Of a DNA stretch of 64,000 nucleotides, positions 36,898 to 51,800 are shown piece by piece. The notes beneath the pieces were generated by a model that was not told the origin of the DNA, ran no database searches, and was given only the letters and a program-made list of their open reading frames with translations. The stretch's first letter is position 1; every line of letters starts with the position of its first letter. The stretch covers positions 26,936-90,935 of the forward strand of contig CAZAEI010000001.1 of the NCBI GenBank assembly GCA_964484305.1, in the 5' to 3' direction. This DNA is from an uncultured archaeon. GTDB lineage: Archaea > Aenigmatarchaeota > Aenigmatarchaeia > QMZP01. The translations under genes and the position numbers were made by a program.

Positions 36898-39800
36898 AGC
36901 TTTCCCCCGGAACGGCAACGCCAGGCAGGAGAATGAAGAGCAGCCTCAAGAGCTCAGCCGGCATTATAGGTCTGTTATCGCTGATTCTGGCCGTGGGGTG
37001 TGTCTGGCTGCTGGTGGTCAATACGGCAGTTTCCCAGAAGGGTGTCGAGATTGTCACCGATAAGGAGGCATATAAGCAGGGGGAAGTTGTATCTGCCTTC
37101 ATATCAGGCCCTGCCAACATCAGCTTCAGCCTGGATATATTCGAGCCGGACAACCAGAGCATATTCCAGCTAAGGAACGAGAGCCTCAATGAAGAGGGTG
37201 AATTCAATCTCTACATCATGGCATATGAGAAACCGGGCATGTATGAAATCATTGTCTGGAACGAGAACCTTGCATTATCATGCACATTCGATGTGCTGAG
37301 ACCGGAGGGTATGTGGGGAGTAAATGGCTCTGGGAACCAGACCCCTGAGAATAAGACTTCAGGAGAGATTAACATCACCCTGGATATGGGTAACCAGACT
37401 GATAATGAGACCGGGCAGGAGAACCAGGGTGTTGTGGACATAATTAAACAGGTTCTTGAGATTCCGGAGAACAGGAGCCTGACTGCTGGAATTCAGGAGA
37501 CAGTTAACCTCTCTGAAACAGACTCCAATGAGAGTCTTTCTGAGTGTTTCAGGGAAAACGTAACAGGACCTGTCGATAACGCCTCCCTCGAAGTTAACCT
37601 GACCCTGGATGAGTCTGTTGTTCTGAGATCTGAGTCGCTGGAGGAGCTTGTACAGGGCGAGGCTTTTGTGGGCAGGCCTGTGAGATGGGTGAAGAAGATA
37701 ATGATGCCTGTACCAAGCAACATAAAGGTAGAGATTCCTGAACATGCATTTAATGTGAGTGTCTCTAGGGTTGCTGGGGGGATGAGGCAGAGAATTGAGG
37801 AGCAGGGACTGAAGAGAGTCCATGATACCCTAGAGCTAGACAATGCCACAGAGGTGGAGGTTGAATACTTCACAGAGCCGCCACAAGTCATGGAAGACGT
37901 CATCTCACAATACAGGAAGAGGATAACAGTCTATTCTGACATGCACTATGAAAACGTCCTGGCCTGGACAGAGATAGAGGAATTCCCTGAGGACAGTATC
38001 AGCCTTTACTGGTTCAGAGACGGGGAGAGGGAGCTTGTCGGAAGTGTCGATTACATCGACAGCAACGGAAACGGTATGATAGACAGGCTGGAATGGGTTG
38101 TTCCGCACCTGAGCAACCAGACATATGAGGTGGATATAGCCATACTCAACGTCCAGAGCTATCCTTCACTCTACGGCAACTGGACCGTGATGTTCAGCAC
38201 GACCGGGCAAGCGAACCTGACCATCACTGCTGTTAACGGGACGTCATGGAGCGATTCAGTTGGGGATAATGAGATGATGTTCCTTGAAATCAGGTGTGGT
38301 GATGAGGTTCTCGAATATGAGTGGATAGACAACGGCCCCTACAACTCATCCGTATTCATCGAGGATTATTCCTGCAATGAAACGGGCCATGAAACCAGCA
38401 TGGTCCTAGATGCAGGCAAGCACATGCTAGAGTTCAGGTTCGGAAACCTTGTTGGATATGCCTACAACTCCCTGGGAAGCCCCGTGTTCGAGACATATTC
38501 GGAGGCAGGATCGCCCGGCAATGTGTATTCGGTTGACGTCGACCCGCCATCCGGGACAGAAGGGGGTGACCTGCTTCTGGCTGTCTTCACCCACGACAGC
38601 ACATCAGGAACGCTCAGCTCTCCTGGCGACTGGACTGACCTCATGAGCAGCACCAGCACAGACGGCAGCACCTTCCTCATATCATACAAGGTAGCAGGCA
38701 GCGACGAAACCGGACCCTACACGTTCTCGAGCACTGACACCGACCAGCTTGCAGTTGGTGTGGCAAGGTTCAGCAACGTCGATCCCAGCAACCCCATAAA
38801 CTGCCAGTCCAGCGTAAGCATAGGGAACAGCAATGCCCCGCAGGCCCTGGCATGCACGACTAACATGGACGAAACCCTCGTTGTCAGGATGATGGCCGCG
38901 GACGATGACGACTACGGCACCCCGGGCAACTATCCCGGGGGGCACACGGGCGCGTTCACCGTGCAGTCGACAGGGAGTTCTGGTGAAACCCACTGCGCAA
39001 TGGCATATACGGATCAGGCCCTGGCCGGCTCGACAGGGACAGCATCATTCAGCATGAGCGCAAGAGAGCAGTGGGGAACGCTCACCGTCGCCCTGACTCC
39101 CATAGACGTAACGCCGCCGAACATAACAGACGCCCGGTTCGAGCAGACCCTGGTCATCATGAACGATGCGATCCTGTTCAACGTCAGCGTGGATGACAAC
39201 AAGTCAAGCGTGGACAAGGTCATCGCAACCTTCAGATATCCCAACGACACAAGGGTTAACGTGACCATGAATCATGACAGCGGGCCCCAGCCCCCCTGGG
39301 ATTCCACTGACATGGAAAGCAAGGAGCGTCAGGCAAAGGCAATGGATTCCACCATGGCCGAGGCCAACTACGATTTCAGCACGGGTGGGGGAACCGACAA
39401 GTTCGGCTGGAGCCACAACAACGTCGATGCAGGAGAGAGCGTGCCTCCCTTCCAGTCAATAAGCCCATGGAACTACGTCTACACCCAGATGTACAGCGAG
39501 GCAGGCTATGCCGCCCTTGGTAGCATGGACCAGAGCTTTTATGCCTGCATTGACCCAGGCTTCGGGGATTATTCTGTTCTTGCGCTCGACTTCATTGGCA
39601 TTGCAGAAGACCCCTCGGACATCAATGAAATCAACATCTCGTGGATTGGATACAGGCAGACATCGAACTACATGAAGGTGATGCTCAGAAACCAGACAGA
39701 GGGGAGCTGGGATTACACGGAATGGGATATAACCTCAACCTCCTCGCCAGGAGAGTACCATGAATGGGTTCTGAGCGGTGAGGATTTCGAGAAGTATGTC

Positions 39801-42800
39801 GTGGATGGAAGGCTTCTCATGATGCTCACTGTTGATGACGAGACCAACCAGCAGTTCTGGACGGATTTCGTGAACCTCAATGTAAGCTACGGGAAGCCCG
39901 GGGTGGATGATGACGGCAACTCCTCGTGGAGGGAATATTCGTTCACGAGCGCGGACGATTTTGACAAGATTACCGCAATCGAAATCCAGACCGAGGTGAG
40001 CTACTATGACCCGAGGGGCTCATACACCGGGGGAAGCAGCCTCCCTGACCTGGAGGTGCAGGCATGGGACGGAGACAGCTATGAGCCGGTGTTTCTCTAT
40101 GACATCAGCAGCTTGATGGGGGACGAGACCTACAACACCACAGATACCAATTTCACGGAGAACATCACGGATTCTGCCATAATGGATGCCTGGGAAACTG
40201 CAGACAACAGGAGGATAAGAATCAGGGGAGTCTACATGGACATGAACGGCGGCTACAACGACACCATGAACTGGACAGGTGTGTGGGCAACGATACACTA
40301 CGAGAACACGAGCGGCTACTTCCTCTACAACTGGGCTGATACAGCATCACTCGGGATATACAACGTCACGGACATCTATGCCAATGACACCTACAACAAC
40401 GTAAACCACACGACCTACACTGACCTATATTTCGAGGTCGTGACTGCGCCACCAATATGGAGAAACCAGGGAACTAGTGAAATCGAGGATACCATAGAAC
40501 TCGGTGATTCAATGACACTGTATGCGCAGGGAAGCGATGACTTCGGCCTCTGGGAGGCCATCCTGGCAACGGATGAGAGCGGGGAGTGGGTAAACCACTC
40601 TGGCGTCTACGGCTCGCCAATGAATCTGGGCAATGTCACTGACTGGGTCTGGTCAAACTTCACCTGGAATAACGCATCCTTCCCGACAGGAGCAACGATT
40701 TCATGGAGGATATGGTACAAGGACAACACCTCGAACTGGAACGCCACCAACATCCTGACCTTCGACATTGTTGATACGACCCCGCCTGGCTATCAGTATG
40801 ACTCGGACAACTCATCCGGCGCTGCATCAGAGAAGGATACTGTATCGGCATCGGCTTACTGGAGCGATGTGGGTGATTTGGACTATGCAATTTTGAGGAG
40901 CAATGAGAGTGGAGGCTGGGTTAACACGAGCTATTACGGGTTTGGCGAAAATCCGGAGTATTCCAACTTCAGCATTGACACTACAGGGCATCCTGATGAA
41001 ACCATATGCTGGGTTATCTGGGCCAATGACACGAGTGGGAATTTGAATGATTCGATGAGTCAGCACTGCTTTGATGTGAGGGACACTGCTCCGCCGGAAT
41101 ATGAATGTGATTCGGATGATTCGGGCGGGAGCGTGGATGAGGAAGTGAATGTAAAGGCATCTGCATACTGGGATGACAGCCTGGATCTGGATTATGCGAT
41201 ATTGAGGAGCAACGAGACAAGTAGCTGGTTGAACACGAGCGAGTATGATTTCTTTTTGACGCCTGATTATTCCAACTTCACTATCGGCACTTCAGGTCAT
41301 CCCGGGGAAACTATATGCTGGGTTATCTGGGCCAACGACACTTCGGGGAACCTGAATGATTCAATGAGTCAGCATTGCTTTGATGTCAATGATGTAAGTC
41401 CGCCTACTTATATGTATGACCAGGATGACTCTGGTGGGGCAGTGGATGACGGGGAAACCGTTGGGGTATCTGCATACTGGGATGACAACCTCGAGCTGGA
41501 AACTGCCATGTTGAGGAGCAACGAGACCGGGGGCTGGGTGAACACTAGCGGGTATGAGTTCACGGGGACCCCTCAGTATTCGAACTTCAGCATTGACAGC
41601 AGCGATCATCCTGGGGAGACAATCTGCTGGGTTATCTGGGCCAATGACACCAGCGGGAATTTGAATGAGAGCATGGAGCAGCACTGTTTCTTTGTTAATG
41701 ATATCACGCCGCCTTCCTATCTGTATGATTTGGATAATTCGAGCGGGTCGGTTGATGATGGTGAGACTGTCCAGGCTTCGGCGTATTGGGATGATGACGT
41801 TGAATTGGACAGCGCTGTGCTGAGGAGTAATGAAACGGGTAGCTGGGTTAACACGAGTTATTATGGATTTGGTTCAACGCCTGGGTATTCGAACTTCAGT
41901 ATTGACAACAGTGGTCATCCTGGGGAGACAATCTGCTGGGTTATCTGGGCCAATGATACTTCGAGTAATTTGAATGTGAGTATGGGTCAGCACTGTTTCG
42001 ATGTCAGGGATGTGACGCCGCCTACGTATCTCTATGACCAGGATGACAGCGGGGGTCTGGCGACTGAGGGTCAGGTCGTGCAGGTTTCTGCTTACTGGGA
42101 TGATGACCTTGAACTGGAGAGTGCTGTGTTGAGGAGTAATGAAACCGGGGGCTGGTTGAACACGAGCTACTATGGGTTCACTGGTAAGCCTCAGTATTCG
42201 AACTTCTCGATTGACAGCAGTGGTCATCCTGGGGAGACAATATGTTGGATCATCTGGGCCAATGATACTTCGGGTAATTTGAATGGGAGTATGGGTCAGC
42301 ATTGCTTCTACGTAAACAAGCCGCCACAGATAAATTCTGCAGAGTTCAATCAGACCACGATAAACCAGTACGAGAGCGTGCTGCTCACCGTGAACGTGAC
42401 TGACCCGGATGGTGTGAGTATGGTCATAGCAACCTTCCAGTACCCTGATTTGAGCACGGTCAATACCACCCTTAGCCAAGATGCAGGGGACAACTATACA
42501 TACGAGTGGATCGACACGTCGCTTGCAGGGAACTACAACGTCACCATAGTGTATGCGAACGATGGCTTTGATAGCTGGAATTCCACCATATACACAACTC
42601 TGGGATTCGATGTAGTTGGTGATGCACCACCCACTTCCACGCTTAATGTGCCTGATAATGGGAATATAACCAGGACCACCACAACGGTTGTGTTCAACTG
42701 CAGCGGATACGATGAAGTCAACCTGATAAACGTGACGCTGTGGGGAGACTGGCTCGGCTGGCACGCAAACGAGACCAACACCTCAGGCTATGATGATGCT

Positions 42801-45800
42801 GACTACATGTTCACCAAGACCATACCCGATGGCGACTATGTGTGGAACTGCTATGTTTGTGACTCTTTGGACCAGTGCTCTTTCGCTCCTGAGAACTACA
42901 CCTTCAGTGTGAACAGGTATCCCTACTATGAGAACGATGTTGACAACTCGAGTGGGGCAGTGGATGACGGAGAGGCTGTGGGGGCTTCGGCGTACTGGTA
43001 TGACCCCTACGGTGACCTGGATACCGCTATATTGAGGAGTAATGAAACGGGTTCGTGGGTTAACAGCAGCTATTACGGGTTCAGTTCGACGCCTGAGTAT
43101 TCCAACTTCACCATTGACACCACAGGGAATCCGAATGAAACCATCTGCTGGGTCATCTGGGTCAATGACACGGTCGGTAACCTGAACTCGAGCATGGGTC
43201 AGCACTGCTTCTTTGTTAACGATGTGAATTCACCGCAGTTCAGCAGTGCACAGACCAACCACACCTCTGTCACAAAGGGGGCCGTCCTGCTGGAGATGAC
43301 GGTTAATGATGATGTGAGTGTTAACAGCGTGTTGTTCGATATCAATTCAACGAATTACAGCTATTCCGGGGTGAGTGGTGATGTCTATGAGTATTACTTT
43401 GACTGCCAGGTGTTCGGCTCAGGAACGTGGCACTGGAACGCCACTTGGGCTATTGACGGCTCCGGTAACCAGAACTACACCATGGGTGAGGGCCTTCCCC
43501 AGTGGTTTGAATGCGATGCCGATGCCCCATCAGTAGGTGGGGAACAGGTCGATGTGGGCGCCAGCAACAGCGTGGTAAGGCTCAACCTGACTGTCACTGA
43601 CAACTTCGGAGTAGACACCGTGGTTTTTGAATTGGATGAGACAGGCGCTGGGTTAGGAGTGAACAACTACACCCAGACTGGCAGTTCCGGGGATGAGTGG
43701 TATCTTGTTTATGACTGCACCTCTACGGGAACGGTCTACTGGAACGGGGTTTATGCCAATGACACTGCAGGGAATTATGACTCAAACCTGAGCGTGGGGC
43801 TTTCCTTCTACTGCGACCTGGATGAGCCCGGGTGGTCCGGGCAGGGCCAGAACAGCAGCAACCCGGTTGCAGGGGAGGATGTCAGCGTGCATGCGTACTG
43901 GACAGATAACTATCTGCTGGGAAGCGCCCTGCTCGAGACCAACAGGAGCGGCTCACGGGTGAACGAGTCGTATCTGAGTCTGAGCGGGGCTGGGGACTGG
44001 AGCAACTTCACCGTGGACACCACAGGGCATGACGGGAAAACCGTTGCATGGAGAATATATGCAAACGACACCTTCGGGAACCTTAATGCCACGGATGACA
44101 TGAGCTTTGATGTCAGGCACGCATCGACATCGGGGATTCTCTACCAGAACGAGTCCGCGGACGTGACCGGGATAACCCAGACCGATTACAAGCATTACAA
44201 CATCACGCTGGAATTCAACAACACCGGGAACGAGTTTGCATATTCAGCCAGCCTCTCCCTAAGCCTGCCAGGCGGCTGGAGCGCCTACCCGGCCGTGCAC
44301 GAGTGCAGCGATGTCGGGAGCGGCCAGGCCTGCGGGCAGGATTTCAACGTGACCGTGCCTGCAGGAACAGGGCCTGGTGATTATTACGTGTATGGCTATG
44401 CCAACTGGAGCAACCCTGACTCCTCCAAAGGCTCGGCAGAGAACGATACTGTTTTCTCGGTTGAGTCCAACCCGGTTCTTGAGGTTCCAGAGACCGGGCT
44501 GTCAGACACTGTCAGTCACAACAACGAGGAGGTTGTTGGCTCGTTCACTGCCAACTCCACAGGCAATGACAACGTTGTTGGTATAGAGTTCAACTGCACT
44601 GGCGGGAACCTGAGCTATGACTGGGTTGAGTATGACCCCGTTAACATAACCAATCTCGCTGCTGGATATGAGCAGTCTGTAGAGGTAAGCGTGACCGTGC
44701 CTGCAGGCCAGGCTCCCGGGGAATACGGCTGCGTGATAAACGTATCTTCAGCGAACGGCGGACAGGACAGCCTGAACCTCAACACAACAGTTCCCGTTGA
44801 CGACTCGTGGACGAGGAGTCCGGCAACGTGCTCGAAGTCTGCTGCAGTAAATTCGACAGGAACGGTCTGCCAGGTCGTGATACAAAATACGGGCAACGTA
44901 CTGCTCAACGTCACGATAGAGCCTGTTGGCATGACCAACTACACCAATGCAAGCAAGAGTATGTTCCTCGTGGATGCACAGGGTTCGGACTCATTCAACA
45001 TAAACTACAACACCACCGGAGGGGTTGTAGGGTATGAGAACGTGACCACGTACAACATATCCGTCAACGGGACGCCCTACTACCAGCTGACCGAGGTTAC
45101 CCTGATTATAACCCAGGTCCCCTGGTGGAACTCGGAGTGGACCCACAGGAAGCAGATTCTCATATCCGAAAGCATGAACGTCGAAAGGGTGAATGACGTC
45201 ATAATGGTCAACGTGACAGACCTTGACGGGAAAATCAGCAGCTGCGAGAACGAGATAAGGGTTATCTCGATAGAGACCGGTGAGAACGTGGAGGTAACGA
45301 GGCAGATACTTGACGGTGATGATTCGAGCTGGTGTTATGTTGTCTTCCTGGGCAACGTCTCGGCCAGCGCGAGTGATGAGAAGCAATATTATGTTTATTA
45401 TAATAACTCCCAGGCCAGCGCACCCAGCTATGCAGACCCAATGGATTCTTACACTGACTCCGGCGGTTGGTATATGTTCAGCGGCCTGATAGAGTGGAAC
45501 TATTCCTGGTCAGGCGGCAGGGGCGGCGGGCCGATGAGGTCAAGGATAACCACCCCTGAGGGGCAGGAGGTGCTGAGTTCAACCACCTATGACGATGACA
45601 GCTTCCAGAACACGGACACCTTCATATCATTCACCACGGATGTGGACGGGCCCGTGTTCAAGCAGTTCACCCTCACGTCAAGCCTGAGGGGCACCCAGGT
45701 CATGAAGGTTTACGCATACCAGAACTGGTATGAGATAAACAACACGTACACATGCGCATCGGGCTGCGGTGATTACCACATTGTCGGCATAGGTGGGACA

Positions 45801-48800
45801 GACACCACGGGGAGGGGCTGGTATGATTTCTCTTCAACGACCGGGACTGGAGAGCAGACGGCAACGAACTTCTTCTTCGTGGATGACGGGGCGAACAACT
45901 GGGGTGTCGGCGTTGCAGTGAGCGGTGTGCCTGACCAGCCGTTTGACTCGGGAACTGCAAGCGACCTGGATTTCCACACATCAGTGGACGGCTGGTACAT
46001 AAACAACGACCCCTACACCGGCGGCTATCCCTTCTGGATTTTCACCACGGATTACGGAACCACGGGCTCGAACACCACGGCTACCAAGGTGAAGAACCCG
46101 CCCTCTGCATCAGAGGGTGGTGAGGAAAGGCTCATCATCCCTGAGATAGAATCGATAAGGGTGTACAACGTGACCGGACTGGGTGACACTCATTCAGGAG
46201 GGAGTCTGGTGGTGTCTGGCCTGAACGAGAGCTACAACGTAACCCTCAACGAGACCGGGCACGGCTATTACAGGGTCGAGATAAACGTGAGCGTGAGCGC
46301 TGACTGGAACATATCGGTCCTGACAAGGGCATACCATGAGGGCCTTGATTCGGGCTGGCAGGTGGCTTCGAATGACATATGGTACAGCATGGGCGCAGGG
46401 GACTACACCGGCGGCACGCTCTCCGCAGGGAAGGTTACCTGGGACACGGTCCAGGACGGCTCTGTTGAGGCAGGCGGGCACGTCACCTTCTATTACGTGC
46501 TCAACGCGAGCGGTGTGCCTGGCCAGGCAGGGGTACACTTCGTCATAAACGAGACCAATTATGAGAGGGCGAACGGCCTCTCAGTGGATGGGGATTGCTC
46601 TACCTTCATGGTGGAAGACGTGAACTCGCCCCTGTGGAGATACCAGGGCTCGAACGCGACCGTACTGGAGGCAGGCAGCTCGATACTCCTCTATGCCCAG
46701 GCCAGGGACTATGTGGGTCTGGACTACGCTGTCCTGGTAACAAACGAGAGCGGGTCTTGGGTCAACCAATCCGGTGTATACGACTCGCCCATGGATATGC
46801 AGGATGCAGTTGCCTGGGTCTGGTCGAACTTCACCTGGCAGAACTCCTCTGTTGCCGACGGCACCGTGGTGGGCTGGAAGGTGTGGTATAATGATACATC
46901 AGGGAACCTGAACTCAACAGACGAGTCAACCTTCCTGGTAATCTCCCCGCCGAAGTGGTCTGATAACAGGACCTATCCTTTGTCGCCGGCAACCTATGCC
47001 CCCGGACAGGCCTACATGTTCAACATCACCTGGACTGGATACGGAATTGATGACGTAACATTTGAATTCGATGGGGTGAACTATACCTACAAGTCCGGGC
47101 AGGTATCCAAGGATGGGGATGAGTACTACATAACCCTTACTGACTTATCTGTCGGTTCCTACAGCTACAGGTGGTATGCCAACAACACTGCAGCACAGTG
47201 GAACTCCACTGACCAGTCAACCTATTATGTTGAGAAGTCCTCCACATCGATTGGCCTGCTCCTGAACGGGAGCAGTGACAGGACATACCATTACGGAGAG
47301 ACAGCAAACCTCACGGCTGACCTGGACGTCAGCGGCAAGGACATCGATATATGGACGAATCTCTCCGGAAGCTATGAACTCTGGGACTCCGGGCCCGGGC
47401 CACTGGAGAACATCACCGTACTGGGATATGGGCTGGGCTACTACAACGTCACGGCCAACTTCTCCGGTGACGACAACTACACGGCATCGTATGATTCGCA
47501 CACCCTTACCCTGATTGGATGGTCCAGCATCTCCTGGGATTCGCCTGACGGGGGGACAGGCACCCCTGGTGACGTGATTGAACTGGGCTGCCTGGTCAGT
47601 GATGCTAACACGTCATCCCTCATAGGGAACTACCCTGTCACGTTCTACAACGTCACGGGTTCTGGTGAGAGTGAGATAGGGGTTAACTACACCAACTCCT
47701 CTGGCCAGGCTGTCTGGTACTGGGACACATCCGGGCTTCCTGCCGGGGCCTACTATCCGAAGTGTAACATAACGGACAACGAGACCCTGCTCTACAACGA
47801 GACTGACGAGAACGAGGGCAACACGACCTATTACCTGGTTACCCTAGGAACTCCGGTTCTGACCGTGGAGACCCCTGACCTTCTCATAGGTAAGGGCAAC
47901 CCAGGAGACAATGCAACCGTGAGCTGCAGCATCGACTGCTCCGGCGGGAGCTGCCTGGGACTGCAGCTCGGCCTGCAGTACGAGAACGCATCCGGATGGC
48001 ACTGGATAGGCAATGACGGCAACCTGGAGATAAACCACACCAACCCAAAGGACTGTGGGGACGCCCCCTCGTGCTCGGATACCTGGGACATATTCGGCAA
48101 GGTCAATGGAAGCTTTAACCTGAGGTGCAATGCCACTGCCTCGACACCCCTGGAGAGCAACATCAATTCAGGCAGCAACGTCCTGGAGATATACACTGGT
48201 TCCCTGTCCATAGAGTCATGGACGCCTGCGAGCAGTCCATATGACCTCTCCATCTATGACGCCTTTGATATAGACCCTGTGATAAGGTGCACTGCACCCG
48301 AGGGGACAAGGGCAGGATGTGGTGATGTCTTGATGTATGCGAGGACCAACCAGACCGGCTCCCCTGCCACTGACCCCATATCTGGCTCGACTGACATCAG
48401 ACTCGAGAGCGGAAGTGTGGAGCAGTACTACGGCTCGCAATATCCAGGAAGTGATGGGGGATACTACGAGATTCCATTCTCTGCAATAACGGTCAACATG
48501 ACTGTGGGGGGCGATGCAGGGGGCACGGCAAGGCTTTATGACGTCAAGGTAAACTCAAGTGATGCTGACGTTGACGAGGTTGACCCGTCCGACAGGGTGG
48601 CCGTAGGCCATACAGGCCAGATAACCATTGAGATGTACGATGTATCCAGCACCATTGACGAGGGCTTTGACATCATATACAACATATCATGTTCTGGCTA
48701 CAGGTGCCTGGACGTGGAGCTCTGGGCCAGGTATAACGCCACAGGTTCTGATGCAGACACCCTAGCTCCTGTATCACCGAGCCCGGCTGTGTTCAACGTC

Positions 48801-51800
48801 TCCCAGCAGCCAGTAAGGACCCTGAGCATGAGTGCTGGGGAGAGCCAGATTGCGATGACCATATCCGCAGGTGCGGGCTCCAGCCCTGGGGAGTGGAAGA
48901 TTGATTTGTTCGGGAACTCGAGTTATGCAGAAACTGCTGATGAGGACCCCACAGACGGTGTACTAAAGCTCACATCTGTTTCCATAACTGCAGACCTGGC
49001 TTCCCTTTCACCATCCAACATAATGGAGGGTGGGAACTCTGCTGCAAGCGGCTACTGTGAATGCGCTGGCGCGTGCACGAACACCGTGATTTACGTGCAG
49101 TTCAGCGACGGGGACTGGAAGAACATACCCACGGACATCAGTGAGGAGTTGAGCTCCAACGTGACAAGCTACTTCATAGGTTCGCTGAGCGGGACGTCTG
49201 GAACATATGAGTTCAATCTCACTGGACTGGTTGGTGGGAACTACTCTGTCAGGGTGAGGTGTGATTCAACCGATGATGCTGACAACTCATACAACATCAC
49301 CCTTGAGTTGGATGACTATCCAGACTTCTCAGGGTTTGCAGTGAACTCATCTCTGCTCTACAGTGGTCAGGCTGCCAGGTTCAACGTCTCCATACAGGAT
49401 GAAGCTGGGGTGACGTATGCAAACTTCACCATAAACGGCGTGACGTATGACGCAGTCCAGGGCTCTGGAAACGAGTGGTACTATGACTGGGTGTGCTCTG
49501 CATCTGATGCTGACGTGGACTGGACATATGCAGGGGCGAATGACACAGAAGGATACTGGAACGATACATCAGTTATATCCGTATCAACAGAGTGTGATGC
49601 CCAGGCGCCAACAATAACCGGTCCTGTCATCAACGACAGCTCTACAGTAAACCTGGGTACCTGGGTCAGGGTCAATGCTTCCATATCAGACCCAGAGGGC
49701 CACCTGAACACCGTACTGCTCATGGTTGACAGGCCAACATCCTCTGACTACAACATCACGCCAAACGTCAACGGTGATGAATACTACTATGAGTTCGAGT
49801 TGGATGAGACCGGGCAGTGGAGGTTTGAGTTCTTTGCAAACGACACTGGAAACCAGGTCTCCACTGACTATGCAGAGGATGGTCTGAGCAACGAGTACAT
49901 AGATGTCCAGGATATCGAGAGTCCTGTCATCTCTGGCGAGCAGGTCAACACGAGTGTGAGCAACGGGTGGGTTAGGCTCAACGTGACTGCCACTGACAAC
50001 GTCGGGGTAGACACCGTGGTCTTTGAGCTGGACGAAACAGGTGTTGGGTTGGGAGTGAACAACTACACACAGACCGGCAGCTCAGGGGATGAGTGGTACT
50101 ATGAATACCAGTGCACTGCCTCTGGGACGGCCTACTGGAACGAGGTCTATGCCAATGACTCTGCAGGGAATTATGACTCAAACATGAGCGTAGGGCTTTC
50201 CTTCTATTGCGACATGGATGAACCAGAGTGGTCCGGGCAGGGCCAGAACGAGAGCAACCCGGTTTCAGGGGATGCCGTGAGTGTCTACTCCTACTGGACA
50301 GATAACAATGAGCTTGAGAGCGCAGTGCTCAAGACAAATAGTAGCGGTTCCTGGGTGAACGAGTCGTATCTGGGTTTGAGCGGGGCTTCGGGCTGGAGCA
50401 ACTTTACCGTGGACGCCACAGGGCACGACAGCGAGACCATTGCATGGAGGATATACGTTAATGACACTGCAGGCAACCTCAACGTGACTGCTGATATGAG
50501 CTTCAATGTCAGGTATGCCTCTACCTCAGGCATCCTGTACCAGAATGAGAGCGTTGACGTGAGCGGAATAACCCAGTCTGCTTCAATGGACTACAACATC
50601 ACTCTGGAGTTCAACAACACAGGCAACGAGGTTGCATACTCAACAGAGCTCTCCCTGAGCCTGCCATCGGGCTGGAGCGCATACCCCTCGTTGTACGCGT
50701 GCGGTGATGTGGAGAGCGGCCAGTCATGTAAGCAGGATTTCAACGTCACAGTGCCTGCTGGCACGTCTCCTGGTGATTACTACGTGTATGGATATGCAAA
50801 TTGGACCAATCCTGACTCATCGCTGGGTTCAGCAGAGAACCAGACCACCTTCTCGGTGGAGTCCAGCCCGATTCTCGATGTTCCGGAGACCGGTCTGGCA
50901 GACACAGTGAGCCACGGCACTGAAGAGACTGTGGGTACCTTTACGGCAAACTCCACAGGTAACGATGACGTTACTGGGATAGAATTCAACTGCACGGACG
51001 GGAACCTGAGCTATGAGTGGGTAGAGTATGAGCCAGTGAACATAACTACGCTTGGTGCTGGCTCTGAGCAGGCTGTACAGGTTAACGTGACTGTGCCTGC
51101 AGGCCAGGTTCCAGGAGAATACAGTTGTGTGATAAACGTGTCTTCAGCCAACGGGGGACAGGACGGCCTGAACCTCAACGTGACCGTGCCTGTTGATGAC
51201 TCATGGACCAGGAGTCCGGCAACCTGCTCCAAATCAGTGACCGTGAACGAAACCGGTTTGGTCTGCCAGGTCGTGACAGAGAATACGGGCAACGTGCTGC
51301 TCAACGCCACGATAGAGCCAGTGGGCATGACCAACTACACCAATGCCAGCGAGACAATGCTCCTGATTGGTGCACAGGGCTCGGATTCCTTCAACATCAA
51401 CTACAACACCACCGGAGGGTTTGTTGGATACGAGAACGTGACTACGTACAATATATCTGTCAACGGGACGCCATACTACCAGACAGTTGAGGTGACGCTG
51501 AGGATTGTGAAACCCATATGGTGGAATTCATACTGGAATTACAAGCAGAGGCTGAACATCACGAACAGTAATGACACCGACACCCTGATAGAGAATTATA
51601 CAATCAATCTGGCCCTGGACACGGCATCGCTTGTCTCGCTGGGCAAGCTGATGGTAAACGGCTCTGACCTTAGGATAGTCTACTACAATGGCTCTGAATA
51701 CACCGAGCTGGACAGGATAAACACCACTCCATTCAACACGGCAAGCACCACCATACTGTTCAGGCTGCAGAAGAACGTATCTGCTGGTGATTCTGATACA

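Noticed and set aside
36878-37063. Plus-strand 61-aa ORF (MRHGCSRAF...)
   Set aside because: It lies in an alternative frame fully inside the 5' end of the giant ORF and has an Arg/Gly-rich junk composition.
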